This document shows positions 32,316 through 44,502 of a stretch of DNA of 64,000 nt, piece after piece. The stretch comes from Eremomyces bilateralis CBS 781.70 (lineage: Eukaryota). Within the stretch, counting starts at the first letter, position 1. Every line of letters begins with the position of its first letter. Location: assembly GCA_010015585.1 (NCBI GenBank), contig ML975151.1. The stretch is one strand, 5' to 3'. The position numbers and the translations under genes were made by a program. The notes beneath the pieces were generated by a model. The model made no database searches and was not told where the DNA came from. It was given only the letters and a program-made list of their open reading frames with translations.

Positions 32316-34991
32316 ATGGATTTCCCTTCCACTCCCAACCAGAATGATGATGACACCCTCTATACTCCCCTCCATCCTAATGAAATCCGCCTGTTAAAGT
32401 TGCTACCTGGGCCTTGGGGTATGCCTATATGTTGCGAACTTTCCCATGTACCTCTTTCGAACAAGCCAGCGTACAAGGCACTATCCTATGCTTGGGGATC
32501 TCGAAGACTTGTGGAGCCCGTCTTTCTTAACGAAACTCCACGACTAGTCACGAAAAATCTATACACTGCACTTTCGAGGCTCCGATCTGAAAATGAACCG
32601 GTCACGATATGGGTGGATGCTCTTTGCATCGATCAAGCGAATATCGATGAACGAGCAACTCAGGTTGCTATGATGCGAAGCATCTTTGCAAAAACCGACG
32701 AAGTCATTGTGCACCTGGATATTCCAAATCAGCATCTCAGAAATCATCGCCGATTGAGCCGAACTCCGCGGCCGGAATCATTCTTCCGTATGAGTGATTC
32801 TGATGATGCCCTTCTTGAGAAGTTTATGGGGCGTTTCAAAGTATCCGGGGATGGCTGCTTGCGGAGTCAACGTAGTCAGGTCGATGTCGGTACACAGGTG
32901 TTTTGTCTAATACGGCTCGTAGCCTCGGGGCGCCTCCATGAACTTATTTCTGCCGTTGCAGATCATCCTGATGGCTCTCTTCCTTCCATGTTATCCGATT
33001 TGTTTGAAAACCTCCGCTACATGTTGCGTTGCAGATGGTGGAACAGAGTATGGATCATTCAAGAGGTGGTCGTCCCAGAACGAGTAATGGTGTTCTATGG
33101 AGGAGCCATCGCCCCATGGGATATGTTGGTCAGTGCAGCTAAGGCCTGGCTGCCGGACGATTCGCGGAATTCTGATCCGCCATCCATCCCAAGGGAATAT
33201 TCACTGGTTCTTGACTACTTTGCCAAGCAAATACTGGGAATTGAGAAAATGCGAAGGCAGTGGAGATTCACCAACCAAACGACTCTTCTGCGGCTCTTGC
33301 GCCAATTTTCCGATCGAGAAGCATCTGATGACCGAGATAAAGTCTATGCGCTACTTGGACTAGTCACCCAATCCTTGAGTCTCCCTAACGGGCATATTCT
33401 ACTTCCAGACTACTCGTTGGACATAAAATCGGTTTTCATTAATGCAAGCCTATCTATTGTTCGGACAACCAGGTCACTATCAGTCATCGTCGTCGACAGT
33501 GCCCGCAAATATCGTCAAGATTTGCCATCATGGGCTGCTGATTGGACTGCCCCTGCGGATGACGCAGAACGAAAGCGAGCGGAAAAAATAGAACGATATG
33601 ACGCAACTGGGTGTTGGGATGTCCAAGTACAGCACGATACGGAAGAAGAATATGGTGGAATTGCGGCGAAGATAGATGGGATGGGTCAAAAGCACAGTCT
33701 CGAACAGGCCACCGGCATCAAATATGCAACAACTGTATCCGATTTCACCGCCATTCTTGGACATGCACAGTGGAAAGAATATCTTCTTTTGCCCGAGTCA
33801 ACTCGGGAAGACTGCCTTGAAGCCATTGAAACGTACGAAATGGCTAAAGGTGGGACAGTTTGGGCACGTCTATTAGATCAATCTATTCTCCAAGTCCCCG
33901 GTGTTCAGATCGATCGAGTGGCCAAGGTGTCAGAAGCCTGCTTTTCGGATCTCGAATTCCCCGCGGTTGTCAAAGAATGGGCTGTGCTTGCATTGTCGAA
34001 TCATCATGAATGGGGATCCGTGGCTACTTGGCTTGCCGACTTTGTTTACCCATTCCTTCACACGTTGGGCATCAACGTGAGCGAGGAAAACTCCCCGCCT
34101 ATTCAAGGTCCATCACAGTCAGATTTGGGGTGGTTGGTGCCTATGGAAGACTCCGAAACGCTGCCGCGCTGTATATCCGATGCACTTCTGGCTGCTAGCG
34201 GGAGACCAAGGCCATATGCGCCGATGAAGGAGCATCGTGGTGTCGAGCCAGCTCTAGCAGATGAGAGAGCAGAGGAACAACTCCTCAAGGTTGCGATAGA
34301 GCAATCATACCGACGTCGTTTCTTCGTTACCGCTACGGGTCACTTCGGCCTTGGACCTTTGAATCTTCAGGCTGCCGATCGTATTTACCTGCTTCCTGGA
34401 TCCAAGACCCCAGTTGTTCTTCGAGACGCTGGTAAACGGGAAACAGCACGCTTCAAGGGGATGGGCAAGCTTGGCACCGTGGAAAGAGAATGTCATGAAA
34501 TCATAGGGGATTGCTACATCCACCCTTATATGCAGGGACAGGCTCGCGAGCGTTTCCAGTCTGCGGCGGCTCAATGGGGCTCCAAATCAGATTTACGGCG
34601 TTGCATCGCCGCATTCGGATCCGCTGCCAAACAGCGCCGCGACCTTGAGATCCAGTTATTCAGACTCGGTACTCGAAAACTACAGCTATCTTCGCTGTTA
34701 GAAGACCTGGAAAAGCAATTCGAGAAGGACGAGGCATTTCCAGAAACCTTCCTCATGAATCGCATAAAGTCGGCCGATATTGTTCCAGAAATGGAGCGTC
34801 GGCAAGGGCAGATACCATCGAGCGAGCTTGTGCCCCAGATTCTGCGAGAGAGGCTCGTGGAGGTAGAGGAGAACAATTCCAAGACCGAGAGAGCCTTCAA
34901 CAGCGCAGTTGGTCAGGCAGAAGCCACGAAGAAGTCCCTCCTTGCCGCTGAGAAAAAATCGTCATCTAGCATCTTCGTCTATCTTGTTTAA
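32316..34991 (+). CDS. HET-domain (HET-6-like) heterokaryon incompatibility protein
   Basis: EIRLLKLLPG...YKALSYAWG...IWVDALCIDQAN..ERATQVAMMRSIF...WWNRVWIIQEVV...ASDDRDKVYALLGL...LPSWAADW...RRFFVT..GHFGLGP...IIGDCYIH. Confidence 0.92.
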   Translation: MDFPSTPNQNDDDTLYTPLHPNEIRLLKLLPGPWGMPICCELSHVPLSNKPAYKALSYAWGSRRLVEPVFLNETPRLVTKNLYTALSRLRSENEPVTIWVDALCIDQANIDERATQVAMMRSIFAKTDEVIVHLDIPNQHLRNHRRLSRTPRPESFFRMSDSDDALLEKFMGRFKVSGDGCLRSQRSQVDVGTQVFCLIRLVASGRLHELISAVADHPDGSLPSMLSDLFENLRYMLRCRWWNRVWIIQEVVVPERVMVFYGGAIAPWDMLVSAAKAWLPDDSRNSDPPSIPREYSLVLDYFAKQILGIEKMRRQWRFTNQTTLLRLLRQFSDREASDDRDKVYALLGLVTQSLSLPNGHILLPDYSLDIKSVFINASLSIVRTTRSLSVIVVDSARKYRQDLPSWAADWTAPADDAERKRAEKIERYDATGCWDVQVQHDTEEEYGGIAAKIDGMGQKHSLEQATGIKYATTVSDFTAILGHAQWKEYLLLPESTREDCLEAIETYEMAKGGTVWARLLDQSILQVPGVQIDRVAKVSEACFSDLEFPAVVKEWAVLALSNHHEWGSVATWLADFVYPFLHTLGINVSEENSPPIQGPSQSDLGWLVPMEDSETLPRCISDALLAASGRPRPYAPMKEHRGVEPALADERAEEQLLKVAIEQSYRRRFFVTATGHFGLGPLNLQAADRIYLLPGSKTPVVLRDAGKRETARFKGMGKLGTVERECHEIIGDCYIHPYMQGQARERFQSAAAQWGSKSDLRRCIAAFGSAAKQRRDLEIQLFRLGTRKLQLSSLLEDLEKQFEKDEAFPETFLMNRIKSADIVPEMERRQGQIPSSELVPQILRERLVEVEENNSKTERAFNSAVGQAEATKKSLLAAEKKSSSSIFVYLV

Positions 34992-35882
34992 TTCCTTCTT
35001 GTACCATCTGGAAAGGAAGAAATTGATGGTCCTAAAGCTCATCCCGGTGGCGTTAAAAACCCTTAAGTATTGTTACTTCAGATTACCTTCGCCTCACATT
35101 ATCTTTCTTGAGGCATGTCTTGAAATACCCAACTGTCTGTGTTTTAACGCCTTCCCTCGCTCAGTTGAGCAGTGTAGCATCACCTTCGAATCACCTTTCG
35201 CCATGGGACAAGGCAACCTCTCGCGCAGCCTTTCTTTTACAGCTCCGCCCTTTTCCTGTATATTCATACCCTGTCTCATGCAAGCCACTTCCCCTTTGCC
35301 CTTTTCATCGTCGAGCAGCAAGGCTGGCTCTCTACGAGCACAAGAAGGTAGCTATCCCCATCCCCCCAGATCACCAAATTTTCCACAGTGTTGCAGCGTT
35401 TCGTACGTCCTCTTTTTCCTCAGCCTTGTCACTGTGTTACTCCTGGACAGAAGGCAACCGCCAAGATGTTGCCTTTCCACGTCAGCACTCATCCATTTCA
35501 TTGGATACCTGAATACCCAGTCTTCGATGCGGGCGGTGATTGGAGTGCGGGAAGCCTTGACTTGGACACAAGGTGCCTTTTTTTATTATCACTGACGCTA
35601 AAAAAAGGGCGAACGAGGACTTGACCCAGGCCTCGGGTATTGGATCTTGTAGACCCTGCACCATGGCGCCCGAGTGAATACGATGATGTGGTCGCAGAGG
35701 CGCTCCCCTTCGCCCTCCGCCAGCCCCTTTGCAGTTTGAAAGCACCGCGTGGGCGGATACACCCAACCGTACATACCGTCCTATCAGCGACTTGTATGGG
35801 ACTGATCCTGCGAAATCGCTTTGGATGGGTATAAATAACGGTACACCACAAGCTAAAAGGTGAGCTTCTTCGATGGATGTGA

Positions 35883-36566
35883 ATGCCGGATTCGCTTACT
35901 CATGCCCAAAATTTTAGTAGTGATGGATCGACCGAACCACTGGCATATTTATGCCCTGTATGCAACCGTCCTATGGGCTCGTCGACCGAGTTTGTCAAAC
36001 ACTTGAAGGATACATCCTGCGGGTCCACATGCCTCGAGTGTGGTGAACTGTCAAGGTCCGGTGTAGACCTCTATAGGCATGCTCAAGAATATAGCCATAG
36101 CGTTCTCCGCTGCGGCTACAAAAAGTGTGGAAAGACCTACGCCCGAATCGACATCCTTGAGCGTCATTTGCTCAATCATCGAGCCAATGCAGCTCAATAC
36201 CCATGCACTTACTGTTGCAGTGAGAGGGCGTTCACGCGCAAAGACAAGCTAAAGCAGCATTTGAACAATTTTCATCGAATCGGCGACGCGCAAGGCATTG
36301 ACCTTGTCTGTCATCACCATGATTGCGACTCATATCGTCCCAATGGTCCCCACTATTATGAACTCGATCATCCCTTCAAAAGGGGCGCAGATTACACCAG
36401 TCACATCAAAGAAGTCCACGACGAATCTCCGTATCCTTGCCCCGTCGCAGGATGCAATCGCGTCGGCGCGAAGGGATACTTCTCCAAAAGTCCTCTGGTA
36501 AGGCATATCAAGAAGGAGCATGTTGGGACAGATATACAGTTCGGCAAGATCCCGGCCTCTGTTTAG
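35883..36566 (+). CDS. Multi-C2H2 zinc-finger protein (5' exons uncertain)
   Basis: CLEC..HAQEYSH; CGYKKCGKTYARIDILERHLLNH; CTYC...FTRKDKLKQHLNNFH; CPVAGC...LVRHIKKEH. Confidence 0.75.
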   Translation: MPDSLTHAQNFSSDGSTEPLAYLCPVCNRPMGSSTEFVKHLKDTSCGSTCLECGELSRSGVDLYRHAQEYSHSVLRCGYKKCGKTYARIDILERHLLNHRANAAQYPCTYCCSERAFTRKDKLKQHLNNFHRIGDAQGIDLVCHHHDCDSYRPNGPHYYELDHPFKRGADYTSHIKEVHDESPYPCPVAGCNRVGAKGYFSKSPLVRHIKKEHVGTDIQFGKIPASV

Positions 36567-36906
36567 TGGAGAATGGGGATGGGAATGATGATCCACGGCG
36601 ATTCCATACTCGCAAGTCGCAAACGAGACTCGACATGTGTGGGTTTTGGGTGATGTCTCATCATTTGCCATGCAAATCGGGATCAAGGGGTTAGACTGTC
36701 GTTACCGTGCAGGTTGAATACAACTGAATTAGCTCTCGACGTATTGATTTGAATAGCAAATTACTTATGCAACATCGAGTATGTGACCGATATGAAACGG
36801 GTATCATGAATTCCAGCGCCACCACCCTCGTACACCCCCACAAATACCAACACCCCCATCCATCGTCCATCCTGCAGCACGAAGTTCACGCTATAGTGAT
36901 AGATCT

Positions 36907-38100
36907 TCATGTCCAAACCCCAGAGCGACCCAACGCATACCATCCGAGTGCGCTAGCGACAACCGCAACACCAGCAATGGCGTGTGGGAACCAGTCAACA
37001 CGACGTACTCCAGTATTTCGCAAAACCCCACTAGGTGTATCATGAACAGAATATTTCTTGCTCGTAGCGCGCTCTGTCCCGCCCAGTGTCGTGTTAGAGT
37101 TGCGAAACTCAGTATCCAACTCAGTGACAATATCCTCGCAAGCTTTAAATACCACTTCGGCCTCCTCAAGCACCTCAACCCTCTGCTCTTCGGAAAGCAT
37201 GTTCCCTATACACTCGAACTGACTCTTGAACCCTGCTCTGATATCTTCCCCGTCCTGGCCCCCCTCAAAGCACCAGAGACCAAGTCCCTTGGTCTCCTGG
37301 GCACATGGCTTCTCGTCTGTTTCAGGATGGCTCTCGCCATCAAAATCTGCTCCCCAAAATCCAGGTCCACTGGCAACTAACTGGCTCCGGATCCATCTTC
37401 CACCGCTAAAGATTGCCAGGTAGAAAGTCCATGCATATGCCAATAGAACATGCGGCTTCTCGTTTGCAACGCGCCGGATGCGTTGGCAAATGTTTTGGAC
37501 GGCAGGACTTGGATACGCGGATAGGGAGACGGAGAGATCGATCGGCTGGATATTGAGAAGATATGCGAGATCCGCTTGGAGCGTGGGGGTGCGGTGAAGG
37601 CCTACGGGAAGCAGGTGCGACAGCATTTGGAGAAGCACTGCGTTCGGCTTTAGCGGAGGGGAAGTTGCGTCATCAGGTGGCAGGTTGGGGGACGTCTGAG
37701 CGTGTTCAATCTGGGAAGACCTTGCGGCGAGAATGTCGGAGTAGGTTTGGATGTTCACCCATGGATCCTCTAACAGTTCTTTAAGCCGTGCCTGGTGAAT
37801 CGGCGAGCGGGTGCCATCGGTGGGCGAGGGAAGGAGGTCGCGGATGGATGCCTCGAGGGTGAAGAATATGTGCGCGAAGTGGAGGATGCCGTTTGCGTAG
37901 AGATCTGGACTGGATGTATGCGGGGGCAAAGCGAGCGGGAGTCGAGATGTGATGAGGCGGTTGAGCTTCGTATGCGCTGATCTAGAGGTTTGGAGTTAGT
38001 AGGCGGAAGCGTAAGAAACTGTGCGATAGACATACTGAGTCGCCTTGTTAATCTGCGCCCCGAAAGACTCAGCATCTGCTGGTGGCTTTGATCGAAGCAT
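36907..38100 (-). CDS. Heme oxygenase-like protein, 2 exons
   Basis: Spliced MLRS..AQINKATQ|SAHTKLNRLITSRLPLALPP...YANGILHFAHIF...KPHVLLAYAWTFYLAIFSGGRWIR; C-terminal TM anchor; intron GTATGT..CTAAC..TAG ~37982-38035. Confidence 0.85.
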
Positions 38101-39648
38101 CTCGTCCCTATTCTAAACGTTCCGATTCTAAAGGTCGCGCAGAGTACCGGTTGGAGAGAAGCGTGGGACTTCTGGTTAAGTATGTGCTCTTCAGCAGTCT
38201 TCATCTTAAGGGATATATACATAGTAGCGCTACATCAGTCATAATACATCCAGGCAACATCCACGCAGGGGATATGGTTGGAGGCGGAGTGACTTTGACT
38301 GTGCAAACAAGGTCATGAGATCAAGGTGGCAGTGGCACCGGAACACTAGCGGGGGAATAGGCACCATGGTAAATCTTGCTCTTCATACACACTCTGGAGG
38401 GATAACCTGAGGGAGTCATCCATATCAGCAGCGTCTCTTGACCTGGTCATTTTGGAACGGTGGATGATCAATAGCAACATCTTGTAGCGGCGGAGACGCG
38501 ATGAATGGCGTGGCACGCGTTTGTGGCACATCGCCACGTCATATGAGGCTGGTAGGACCCCTGGAGAGCTTCTCTAGTAAACTTCCCGATTTCCCCTGTC
38601 CTTACCAGGCTGCTAAAATGAAAAACTCAGATCTGACTTTGATTTTAGGCATTGGCAGAAAATAAAAGGTTTCAGGACAAGCATATCTCCTCCTTGAAAA
38701 TGTTGACTAGTTGACTGGACCTCAATGCTGTATCCATATACTTGGCGCTGTGCGTGCTCTTGTCTGATGTTGCTCTGAGGACGAGACTAGCTGTTCTATC
38801 ACATATTTTTTTGAGACTTTGTAAGGGACCCTTTAGATTCTCTTTTATTTACCAGAACGCTTGATGATATTTGAACGTGCTGAGTGTCCGAGACTTGCAT
38901 GGCTGTACGGAGTATTCCATACGGAATACGGATATTTATCGTCTTATTACAAACTGACTCGTCCTCAAAGAACATCTCCTTGTTAATTTTAGATCACGTG
39001 TAGTGCTCCATGATTCAAGTCAAGAGACGTGGGCAGTCTGCCTTGCCCATAAGCTGTCTGTCCCTTTGCATCTGTACTTCGTACGACCGTAATATTACAC
39101 CATTATTTCCCATGTTCAAGGCTCACTCGTATCTAAATCCTTATGTGGATAATGCGAGGAGAAAACCAGCTGTATCCCTGCCTTGCAACGCGCCTTGTGG
39201 CCATTATGATGTACCAGTTAAACTTAATGTCAGCCTCTGGCTTGCTCCCACTTGATGAATCTTTGATGTTTCTCAGTCGAAGATTGGATTAGTACAGAAA
39301 ATCGCTCGAACAAATGCATATCTCATTGGTTCCGCTCCTCGCTATGTTGGTTAGATCGTCATCTTTTTCGTTCTATCGTCATGAAAGCCTCGACTAGATC
39401 GCGCATTCTGAGCGGATATCTCGGTGCCTCGTTTGCGCAGTCTCAGCTATTCTAAAGTGTGGTTGATTGCACGAATACTTGTGGCTATGTTGAATCGTGA
39501 TGAAGTCAATATCAAATATTAGTCTGTTTAAATACCTACCGGCAATAATACAGCGATACAAAAGCTCCAATTCTTCACCGTCAGTTTGAAATCGTTCCTG
39601 CTATCAACTCATCATCTTTCAAACTGGTAGCATCCATACGTTCTTCGA

Positions 39649-41774
39649 ATGATGCTTCTATTTCATTTGGTTCTTTTCGTCCCTGGCTTCGCCTTGGGGG
39701 CCCTCACCAGACAAGGAGATCATTCGGGGCCAAGCAGCTGCAAATGTGTATGTGTCAATATCATCTTTTACCAATTTCCTATTACAAGGAGTTCCCGTCG
39801 GAGTCTACCTATGTGTTGGGGACGAGACAGTTCTTGTAGTACCGGCACAATAACCAACCATTTACTCTCATCTGACTTCCTAGCAGACTCCAAAGGATCC
39901 ATGCTGGCCATCTCTCGACGAGTGGTCTCGATTCAACGCATCAACATCTGGTCGGCTCATTAGAGGCAGTCCCCCAGCCGCCGTCTGCTACCCGAACACA
40001 CCAGCATACGATGCAGAAGCATGTGCTTATGTTTCTGCCAATTGGTTCACGAGCTCGTTTCACGCAGCGGATCCCATCAGTGTGGATTACCCATTCTGGG
40101 CCAACAATAGTTGTAACCCGATCTACTCCAACGGCACGAGTATAACGGGCGACCCAACAGCTGGTGAACGAGGATGCAGCATTGGCAAATATCCTGCTTA
40201 TGTTGTCAATGCTACGACTGCGGAGCAGGTGCAGGCCACAGTACGGTTTGCAGTCAAGAACAATATTCGACTGAATATCAAGAATACTGGCCATAACTAC
40301 CCTGGCCGTTCGACTGCCTATGGAAGCCTGTCCATTTATACTAGGCATTTCCAGGGCATTCAGTGGCATGATGACTTCAAGCCACAAAGTTGCAACAAAG
40401 GCAACTCCACCAAGCAGATGGCTGCCACCATTGCTGCCGGCATGAACGACACAGCCGTCTACGAGGAGGCAGACAAACACGGAGCGGTCGTGGTGGGTGG
40501 ATCGAATCCGACAGTTGGGATCATGGGCTGGTTCCAAGGAGGCGGACACGGCCCATTATCTTCCGAATATGGCATGGGAGCGGACAATTTGCTCGAAGCA
40601 ACCTTGGTTACCCCGACTGGAGATCTGATTATCGTCAACGAATGCCAACACTCGGACGTCTTTTGGGCCATCCGTGGAGGAGGCGGAGGCACGTTCGGCG
40701 TGTTATTGTCGGCAACGATGAAGGCATATCCGACTCCGGCAACATCACTACTCCCCATCCAGATTAGCCAAGCAGATCCCAGCGAAACTGGCACTGACCA
40801 GTTCTACTCGCTGATAGCTTGGTTACACAGTCAGTTCCCAGCACTCAAGGATGGCGGTGCGCAAGGGTACTATTTCCTGGTCCCCCCTCCCGTAGCACCG
40901 GTACTGAGCTTCTCTGGTTTTTTCTTCTTTTACAACAAGCCGGAGGGTTATGTCACCGAGTTAGTTGCACCTGTTCGAGCCAAGCTCGAGGAAATGGAGA
41001 AACAAGGACTCATCGCTTTTACGCTTCTGGAGACCCCCGCCACTCCGACTTTCTACTCTCTCTGGTTCCCACTTGTTGCTGCCAACAATAGTGAAACAGT
41101 GGCAGAGGGCAATGGTGCTATGGGAAGTAGGCTACTAACTCGCAAAGCGTTGACAGAAGATGTTGGCTTTGTCGCAAGCGTCTTTAAAGCGATCGCGTCA
41201 AATGCTGGGAAAGAGGTATAGCATCTCTATTGCAACTCAACTTCAATATTCGGGTCAACTGACTTTTCTCGCAGGAGCCCTATAAACCGATCATGCTCGG
41301 GCATATGATCGCAAACGACAAAAACCGCGGGTTGGATATTGCGCTCAACCCAGGCTGGCGAGATGCCGTCACCCATTTTGTCGTTGTCAACAATTGGCCC
41401 GACGCACTCCCAAGCGGTCTCGACCAGAAGATGTGGGATGATATGACATTCAATACCACGCACTACCTTCGGCAGCTGAGCCCAGACTCCGGCGCCTATT
41501 TCAACGAAGTAAGTATCTTTACCAAATTTCTCCAGTCGGTGTTGACTCCCCCTAGGCCGACCCGTTTGAGCCCGACTGGCAGTACACGTTTTTCGGTGTC
41601 AACTACCCACGGCTGAGGAAAATCAAGAAGCAGCTTGATCCCGACAGCGTCCTTTGGTGTCGAGGCTGTGTGGGTAGCGAGGAATGGGATGAGGAGGATA
41701 GCGGCAGGCTCTGTCGAGTTGGATGGGCTGGTGGCGAGATTAGGCGTAGGGTTGGGCAGAGTATCATACCATAG
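39649..41774 (+). CDS. Secreted FAD-linked oxidase (berberine-bridge-enzyme-like), 4 exons
   Basis: Signal peptide, SCKC|..PCWPS..W...IKNTGHNYPGRS...PTVG..GWFQGGGHGPLSS.YGMGADN...FWAIRGGGGGTFGV...GAYFNE|AD..EPDWQ..FFG.NY.RL..IK...DP...WC..CVGS. Confidence 0.92.
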
Positions 41775-42683
41775 AAAGTCTTTACCGCCTGCGAAGGATT
41801 ACAGCTTGAAAGCAGCGTAAAGCATTAATCATTGGTTAGTTAACTGAAAGATCATAACATAACTAACTAGTTAACTAGATGAAATCTAACCTAATTCGCA
41901 ATAGTATTCCTAACGCACCTAGTTGATTGACTGCAATTGTTCTATTTTTCCTAGTCATCGCTAGAGCAAATTGTTTCTAATCGACGCTTCTAGGCGTGAA
42001 ACGTAGAAACACGACCGACGAATATATAACACCTCACGTTAACTTCTCTACATGGCTATTGGCTAGTTATAAATGAGTAAACCTAACGCCCTGAAACCCA
42101 GCAGAAACCTGAAAGGTCTATGCCTTGAAAAGCTTGAACTTCAGTGTACCGTTCATGGCTGACCCTGACTCATTCCCCATCAGAACCCAAGTCTAGCAGA
42201 AGCACCATAGCGAATTGACTCGTTCTTGATTCTCTTTAGAGCAACCGAGAGGCGAGTACCTATTGTAGGACCAACAACAGCCACGGTGTTTTACCAGTCA
42301 CCACAGCACCCAAGCCGTTAATCAAACGATATTCTCTCTTTATTATTTTCAGCCCAGGTGACTCGATTTCTAACATCAAGGGGTCATGCAAAGCAGAGAG
42401 TTATGCAATGTAATCGCTAGATAGTAGGCAGTAGAGATTTCTTCACCTCACAAAGTCGGCCACAAAAGCTTGCCGGGATGAGTGCACAATGGGCTTGGTT
42501 TGGCATTGTCATGCTGTCAAAATCCAAGAATTCAAATATCTGTAGGTAACCCTTTAGCTTTTTGAATCTCTATGGCAATAAACAGGCTCTAGACTGAACA
42601 TATCAATTGATGTACTTCTCTAGCAGATACCGTAAGCCGTTTTCAAAATTCAATTCATATGCTTGCCCAACAGCGTTCAAAGC

Positions 42684-44502
42684 TCAAGCAGTCCCATCTA
42701 GTTCAAGTTTTCCTGCAGTTGGGTCCATATCCACTCGCTCGTGGACCTCTATCTCAGTGTTGACGTCGCCATTGGTTCTCTCCTGCTCCGAAATCTTGAC
42801 AACAAGATCAAACGCCTTCCGCATATGCTTCTCTGAGCCAAGTTCATTGCCATTTACCACCCGGATGGCATACACATCTCCCAGCTTCGTGCTCGTCAAG
42901 AAGAGCTCTCCACTCGCATTGATTGCTTCGTAGACTGCTTCAGTGACCGTGTTTGCGGCCTCCTGGTCCGTTGCGCCCTTGGGGTCCCGAGGTTTAACTG
43001 TGAAGACGACCAAGCCGAAATTGGCGGCCGTGACGATTTCGAACAAGTCAGATCGTTCACGTAGCCAGCCATCAAACTGTTCTCCAAGGCGAATACCTTT
43101 GTGAATGTGTGCTTGGAGGCCAGCGATACCGTACGTGCGGAGGACAATCCAGATCTTGATAGAGCGGAAACGGCGGCCAAGTGGAATCTGCCAGTCGCGG
43201 TAGTCTGTGACTAGGCTGGCATCCGACCATTTGTTGCGCAAAAATGGGGGAGTGATCGAGAGGGATGCCGTCACTTGCTGTGGGTTCTTAATAAACATGA
43301 TACTGGCACATATTAGCCATCTTCGGAGAACAAAAGTGTCATCCCTTACCTTGCATCGAAGTTGGTCAACAGCCATTTGTGCATGTTGAAGTCGAAGCTA
43401 TCAAAATGTTCCACGCCTTTCAAATGATACCGCAGTTCTGGACATATCATCGCTGATCCGGCATATGCTGCATCAACATGAACCCAAATCTCAGGCCAAT
43501 CTTTGAGAACTTCTGCGATCTCTTCGAACCGGTCCACCGCACAAGTGCTTGTAGTGCCTAAACTCACAGTCAGATAGTATGGCACGAGGCCTGCGCTCTT
43601 CGTATGTTCCAAAGCCGCTTTTAGGTCCGCCCCAGTCATCGCGAAATCATTATTGCGGCTGACAGGAACGCTGCGGTATCTTGTTCCAGCGATTCTCGCA
43701 GCTTTAGCGGTTGCAGAGTGTGCACATTCGCTCCCCAACGCAACCAGCTTGCTTCGGATGTCTCCAAGCTTGTCCTCCCGAGCCTCTTCTGCAGCCCAAT
43801 CCTCGTCAGTGCGAGGATCCATTCCTCCCGGGGGCTCGCCGGCCCGTTGGCGAAGGATCCTCTCCCTAGCGGTGACGAGAGCAATAACCACGGCTTCACT
43901 GGCACTGCCTTGAATGACGCCGCCGCCACCACCGGAGCTAAGGAAGCACTCCGGCATACCGAGCGCCTGTCCCACCCAGTCCATCATGACCGTTTCGAGC
44001 TCTGTGATGGCGGGACTGGCAATCCAGGAGAATGCTGGAGCGCTGAAAGCTGCCGAGTACAGCTCACCGAGCATTCCTGGATAGGAGCTGTTCGCTGGGA
44101 AGAATGCCATGAAGCTTGGGGATTGCCAATGAGTAAGGCCCGGCACGATCTTGGACGCGATGTCTGGTTGAATAGCGTCCCATTTCTCCGGCTCTTGTGG
44201 TGCAGAATCCGGGAGCAATGGGCGCAGATATCCGGGATGTATTGAAGAGTCCGGTAGCGCAGGGCGATCAGAAAGAGACTGACAGTAGCCAATAACTAAG
44301 GGAAGTTTTAACTCATGTCCACATTGTGCAGATACGAAGATGCCTCATCGAGAGCCGCAGACATGATATGCCATCAAGCTCGTGGAAATAATTCAACGAA
44401 CTCAAACTAAATAGATGACCGACATTGCAACCGAATACAAAAATGTTGCTTACTGTGTTCTATGGCTGCATGTGCCGCCTCTCGAAACTCGTTTGCATCC
44501 AT
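42684..44502 (-). CDS. Group II PLP-dependent aromatic-L-amino-acid decarboxylase family protein (Phe at catalytic-loop Tyr), 3 exons
   Basis: MDANEFREAA...PGLTHWQSPSFMAFFP...SPAITELE..MMDW...GGGVIQGSASEA...WVHVDAAYAGS...SFDFNMHKWLL (PLP Lys)...TPPFLRN...DYRDWQIPLGRRFRS. Confidence 0.93.

Noticed and set aside
1..35000. Starship or other giant transposon carrying the cluster
   Set aside because: No DUF3435 tyrosine recombinase or convincing terminal direct repeats are visible in the window. Ankyrin/HET genes and TE relics alone are insufficient.
34909..35595. 228-aa ORF downstream of the HET gene
   Set aside because: Non-ATG start overlapping the HET stop, low-information composition and no motif; could at most contain upstream exons of the C2H2 gene
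20726..38914. TACGGAGTA/TACTCCGTA at 20726, 31821 and 38906
   Set aside because: To my knowledge a common intergenic motif in filamentous ascomycetes, and it is not specific to the cluster
41820..42100. TpA-rich tract with palindrome CTAGTTAACTAG
   Set aside because: May be a RIP-degraded relic, but no element features are recoverable
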